Assembly: GCA_043228905.1 (NCBI GenBank)
Contig: JBHGNT010000010.1
Coordinates: 20,770,001 to 20,834,000 of the forward strand
Length of the DNA stretch: 64,000 nucleotides
Source of the DNA: Azolla caroliniana
Lineage: Eukaryota > Plantae > Polypodiophyta
Direction of reading: 5' to 3'
A program made the translations under genes and the position numbers. This document shows positions 62,801-64,000 of the stretch, in pieces. Every line of letters begins with the position of its first letter. Positions within the stretch are counted from its first letter, which is position 1. The notes under the pieces are model-generated. The model had not been told where the DNA came from, did no database searches, and was given only the letters and a program-made list of their open reading frames with translations.

Positions 62801-63758
62801 TGAGATGTCTCACGTTGGAAGATTAAGAGGTAAACTACTAAATTACTGCTCTTAAAAAATATGTAGAAATGGTAATATATCCTCGGAGATGTAAAGCAAT
62901 ATATATTATTTACAAAATACTTTTACAAAGGACCAAGTAATCGAAAGTCAGTATATAATTGGTATATTCCATTATGGGGAGGGTTATTGTCCTAGTCATA
63001 ATCATAAAATAGATGTCTTTAAATCATGGTATGCTTATTTGTGTGTTCATACGTGTAATATATATGTGAGAAGTTCATATTTTGTGAACTTTAGTAACTG
63101 GAGATGATCGGAGTCGATTTCTGCATAATCAGAGTACAGCAGATTTCCAATCCCTTAGAGAAGGAGAGGTGAAATACCTAGTGTCTGTTGTTTTTATGGA
63201 CCATCTAATAAAACTATATATGCTTATGGATGTAGATGTACTGCATACAGGGCTGTGACACAGTCTTTGTGACTCCTACTGGAAGGACCATTGATCTAGT
63301 AACTGCATGGTACATGGTATGGTTATCATCTTTTGAACAGCTACTTATGATTTCTTGTGTTTATGTGGATGCGGTGCTGTTCATAGTGTTCACATTTTAA
63401 CATATCTCTGCAGAAAAGATCAATCATCCTGGTGATATCTCCGAACATGCGACATCACATACTACAACTTCTTAACAAGTATTAGGCAATTTTTGTTTTA
63501 ACAACTTTTAAACAAGAATGATTTAACTTTTTAATATCATAAAACCTTGTAAACAAGAATGGGGTGATCTTTACCTTTAACCTTCTGAAGAGAGCTTCAC
63601 TCGAGTAATCCACTTTAAATATGTGATTGCATTTGTCAAGTAAACGATGAATTTAATATCTCAACTGCAGGTACATTTTCTTTGCAGACAAGGTTGAAGT
63701 CGAGGATATCACAGATAAGACATTCTTCTTCACCGTAATAGGGCCAAAAAGTGATCTG
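59834..63758 (+). CDS. Plastid-targeted GcvT/YgfZ-family (glycine cleavage T-like, folate-binding) protein, exons 1-7; continues beyond the window
   Basis: Exons 59834-60097, 60783-60887, 62796-62829, 63095-63168, 63251-63316, 63414-63478 and 63671-63758, all GT-AG with phases consistent. Ser/Arg-rich transit-like N-terminus MASTLCSCAVASSS, then SPPIDFD...FGNDDEAL...VVEMSHVGRLRVTGDDRSRFLHNQSTADFQSLREGEGCDTVFVTPTGRTID...LNKYIFFADKVEVEDIT...GPKS. From memory this matches the Arabidopsis At1g60990-type protein. Confidence 0.93.
61500..61900 (-). mobile_element. Possible small LINE RT relic in intron 2 of the GcvT-like gene
   Basis: IVSLLYVHDVLLLGS resembles the LLYADD.VL motif. Only one motif is seen. 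Confidence 0.35.
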
Positions 63759-64000
63759 GTATGAACATATAAATTCTGTTCTGTTGAGCGAAAATTATGA
63801 AAAGATGCTTATAAAACACAGGAATCACAACATGTTTGAAAAACCGAGACCTCTAATCAAGTGAAAATTAAGATTAAACACATAATATAAGGACACAAAA
63901 TATATTTAAAGTAGTTTTAATTGAGGATAATCTACTGGTTTTTTAACTGAGGATAATCTGTTTGTTTAAACTACCCACTAGTAATCTTGATTTGTATAGC

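Overview
AT-rich land-plant nuclear DNA with spliceosomal introns. A fern or another seed-free vascular plant is my inference from the TE and PPR content; it is not proven. Six host genes are supported: the 3' end of a divergent RRM protein (+, 183-3525), an intronless ATL RING-H2 E3 ligase (-, 4497-5177), a 4-exon DUF630/DUF632 protein (-, 11522-14970), a 2-exon SHI/STY (SRS) transcription factor (+, 26211-28189), a 7-exon PIP5K with no visible MORN repeats (+, 50114-53237), and the first 7 exons of a plastid-targeted GcvT/YgfZ-family protein (+, 59834 to beyond the window). Intergenic and intronic space holds a structurally complete, very young chromodomain Ty3/gypsy element (35362-42469: 471-bp LTRs with 1 mismatch, AATAG TSD, two in-frame stops), several decayed LINEs, two copies of a hAT-like MITE, a PPR relic and many tandem or simple repeats. 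I found no convincing wholly new multi-gene system. The best leads are the MORN-less PIP5K, the stop-interrupted young chromovirus, the degenerate RRM, a mosaic hairpin downstream of the SRS gene and an intron built from decayed copies of its own splice acceptor. All exon boundaries and alignments were read by eye.
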